From PVC group bacterium (GTDB lineage: Bacteria > Auribacterota > Erginobacteria > Erginobacterales > Erginobacteraceae), in assembly GCA_043804695.1 (NCBI GenBank), contig JAZDIV010000139.1, positions 1 through 28,808 of the forward strand: a DNA stretch of 28,808 nucleotides. Direction: 5' to 3'. Shown here in pieces: positions 26,706-28,808 of this stretch. The position numbers were made by a program, and so were the translations under genes. The stretch's first letter is position 1. Each line of letters starts with the position of its first letter. A model generated the notes under the pieces. The model did no database searches, had not been told where the DNA came from, and was given only the letters and a program-made list of their open reading frames with translations.

Positions 26706-27928
26706 ACTATCTTCACCTCCGGGATGGGGATGATGAAATGCCCGCCCCGATGCCGGTACTCCGCCTGCTGTTCCAAGATTTCCTGGCGGAAATTCCAGGC
26801 CAGCAAAAGCACGTAATCCGGCATCTCCTCCAGCAGTCGAGCGGGAGGAGAGATCGGGACATGGACCCCCGGCATGTACTTCCCCTGTTTATAGGTGCTC
26901 CGGTCGACGACAAAATCAAGCACATCCGCACCCAGGCCGAAAGTATTTAATAAAATGCTCCCCTTGGCCGCGGCGCCGTATCCGGCGATACTCCGCCCTT
27001 GCTTTTTCAATCCGCGCAGAAGGTCGCAGACCACCGTTTGCAGCCATTTAATCCTGTCAGCGAAATCCTGATAGAAGGCAAAGGTGTGAACCCCCCAGGC
27101 TTCCTCTTCCGCCAGCAGCTGCTTCACCGTCGGGCGGTCTCCGGCCGCGGCCGGGTGGGTGACATGGAGCCGGAGCGATCCCCCATGAATATCAATCTCT
27201 TCGATCTCCGAAAGAAGAAGGTCGTGGGACTTGAAGAGATAATCAAGGGCGGTAATCGAAAAATAGCATAAATGTTCGTGATAAATTGTGTCAAATTCCT
27301 GATGATCGATCAGCTGCTTGATCGAGGGGACTTCGATCACCGCCACTCCGTTTTTGCCCAATAAAATCTTGATCCCCTCCACGAAATCATTCAAATCTGC
27401 CACGTGGGCCAAGACGTTATTGGCGATGATCACGTCCGCCGGCTTCCGCTCTTCCCGCAACCGCGCGGCCAGGGTCGCCGTAAAAAATTCCATCCAGGTG
27501 GGGACTCCCCGTTTCTCGGCCTCCGCCGCCACATTGCGGGCCGGATCGATCCCCTGAACCGGGATTCCGGCCTGGACAAAATATTTCAACAGGTACCCGT
27601 CATTGCTGGCCAGTTCAACGACCAGACTGTCGGCGGACAGATTTCTACTCTCGATCAGGCGGTTGACCAGCCGGTGGGAATGTTCGAGGACGGTGTCCGA
27701 GAAAGAAGAAAAGTAGAGGTAATGGCGGAACAAGGTTTCCGGAGGAACGGTATAGGTGATCTGGACCAGAGTGCAGCGGGGACAGAAGACCAGGTCCAGG
27801 GGATAGGCCGGTTCGGGGAGTTCGAGTTGTTCGTCCGCAAGCAGGGAGTTAGCCAGGGGGACCATCCCGAAAGAGAAGACCGGTTCCAGCTTCTTCTCCC
27901 CGCAGAGACGGCATTGTGAAATTTGCAT
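26702..27928 (-). CDS. NDP-hexose C-methyltransferase (TylCIII/NovU/TcaB9 family)
   Basis: CRLC..CPRC Zn ligands, Y.YFSS.S, ELASNDG, NNVLAHV, FDTIYHEH, HGGSLR and YGAAAKG. Confidence 0.92.
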   Translation of the reverse strand: MQISQCRLCGEKKLEPVFSFGMVPLANSLLADEQLELPEPAYPLDLVFCPRCTLVQITYTVPPETLFRHYLYFSSFSDTVLEHSHRLVNRLIESRNLSADSLVVELASNDGYLLKYFVQAGIPVQGIDPARNVAAEAEKRGVPTWMEFFTATLAARLREERKPADVIIANNVLAHVADLNDFVEGIKILLGKNGVAVIEVPSIKQLIDHQEFDTIYHEHLCYFSITALDYLFKSHDLLLSEIEEIDIHGGSLRLHVTHPAAAGDRPTVKQLLAEEEAWGVHTFAFYQDFADRIKWLQTVVCDLLRGLKKQGRSIAGYGAAAKGSILLNTFGLGADVLDFVVDRSTYKQGKYMPGVHVPISPPARLLEEMPDYVLLLAWNFRQEILEQQAEYRHRGGHFIIPIPEVKIV

Positions 27929-27978
27929 CAACTTTACCCTGTTTGAAATTTGCTGCTTCGGAATTTCAATAACTGTAT

Positions 27979-28029
27979 TGTGGGAGGGGTTTTCAACCCC
28001 GATGATCGGGCTGAAAAAGCCCTCCCACA
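27979..28029. repeat. GTGG-type REP doublet (REPIN)
   Basis: TGTGGGAGGGGTTTTCAACCCCGA-TGA-TCGGGCTGAAAAAGCCCTCCCACA: two inverted GTGG-headed REPs, each with its own internal stem. Confidence 0.85.
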
Positions 28030-28071
28030 GTTGCGGAGTTCAATTTATTTATAAATTCCTGAATAGTTATC

Positions 28072-28808
28072 CTATGACATTTTCATCTCATTGTAAACGG
28101 CCAAGAGAGTACCGAGCCGGTCGCGAATGGTATACTTTTCCGCTTTGGTTCTTTGATACCCGGCCCGGGCGATTCGAATTCGTTCTTCTTCATGCCGAAG
28201 ATAGTAAGCCGACTTATCCTGCAACTCCTCGATCGTATCGAAGGCCGCGATCTCATTCCCTTCGGTGTAGAATTGAGCCAGTTCCTCCGATCTCTGGGAG
28301 ATAACGAAAGCCCCGCAGGCCGGCAGTTCAAACGTTTTCAAATTGTGAGTATCCCGATTCTCTTCCCGGAGGAGATTCAGGTTGATCCGGGAGGAATTGG
28401 CCACCAGGGAGAATTTCATGCCGCAGGCGATCCGGTTCTTGATCGCTTTTCGCAGCCGCGCCCCGTGTCTCTTCCGGTTCCAATGGGTCCCCCAGACTGA
28501 CAGGCTATATTTGCCCATCTGCTCCAGGCAGGCCGCCCGGGCGGGGGTATAGGTCCCGATAAAGGCAATCTGGCTTTTATACGCATCGTATTCCTCCCGG
28601 GTCGGCTGTACCGGGTAGTGAGTGCAGGGATCGTATCCGAGCTGGGTGTAGTGAACGTTGCGCGCGCCTAACTCCAGCAATTCAGGCACATTGACACTTT
28701 TGCTGGGGAAGAAACCGTCGTAGTAGGGGATGATCATTTTGAGGTCGGGGAAGGCGTTACCTGCTTCAAGGTGGGAGATAGAGTTACCGCCGCCCACCAC
28801 GTCCCCTG
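28072..28808 (-). CDS. CgeB/DUF3880-like glycosyltransferase (Glyco_trans_1_2), 5' part outside the window
   Basis: IAFIGT, WG..W, INLN, NLKTFELPACGAF and YYLRHEEERIRIARAG. The frame is open to the window end. Confidence 0.85.
   Translation of the reverse strand, partial: GDVVGGGNSISHLEAGNAFPDLKMIIPYYDGFFPSKSVNVPELLELGARNVHYTQLGYDPCTHYPVQPTREEYDAYKSQIAFIGTYTPARAACLEQMGKYSLSVWGTHWNRKRHGARLRKAIKNRIACGMKFSLVANSSRINLNLLREENRDTHNLKTFELPACGAFVISQRSEELAQFYTEGNEIAAFDTIEELQDKSAYYLRHEEERIRIARAGYQRTKAEKYTIRDRLGTLLAVYNEMKMS

Overview
Bacterial surface-polysaccharide (capsule/EPS) locus of the Wzx/Wzy type, built as two convergent arms. The + strand arm (405-7698) holds a TIGR03663-like GT-C membrane glycosyltransferase fused to a PA14 domain, a repeat lipoprotein of unknown function, an outer-membrane beta-barrel, a short OPX (Wza-like) lipoprotein and a Wzc tyrosine kinase. 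Together these fit a composite OPX/beta-barrel export system. The - strand arm (28808 to 7695) holds a CgeB-like glycosyltransferase, a branched/methylated sugar cassette (C-methyltransferase, RmlC, reductase/epimerase, second C-methyltransferase-like protein, CmcI-family O-methyltransferase), a GT2, Wzx, three GT4s, a Wzy-like polymerase, a CapK-like adenylate-forming enzyme, a bi-domain oxidoreductase, a Thr-nucleophile sulfatase-like protein and an NDP-sugar epimerase. An AT-rich methyltransferase is inserted in the opposite orientation. The intergenic DNA is rich in palindromic elements of about five families. Most striking, ~105-bp inverted repeats, each ending in a perfect 40/48-bp palindrome, bracket the lipoprotein + beta-barrel pair and its promoter. 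No rRNA, tRNA, CRISPR array, transposase or recombinase was seen. All calls come from reading motifs by eye; no database search was run.
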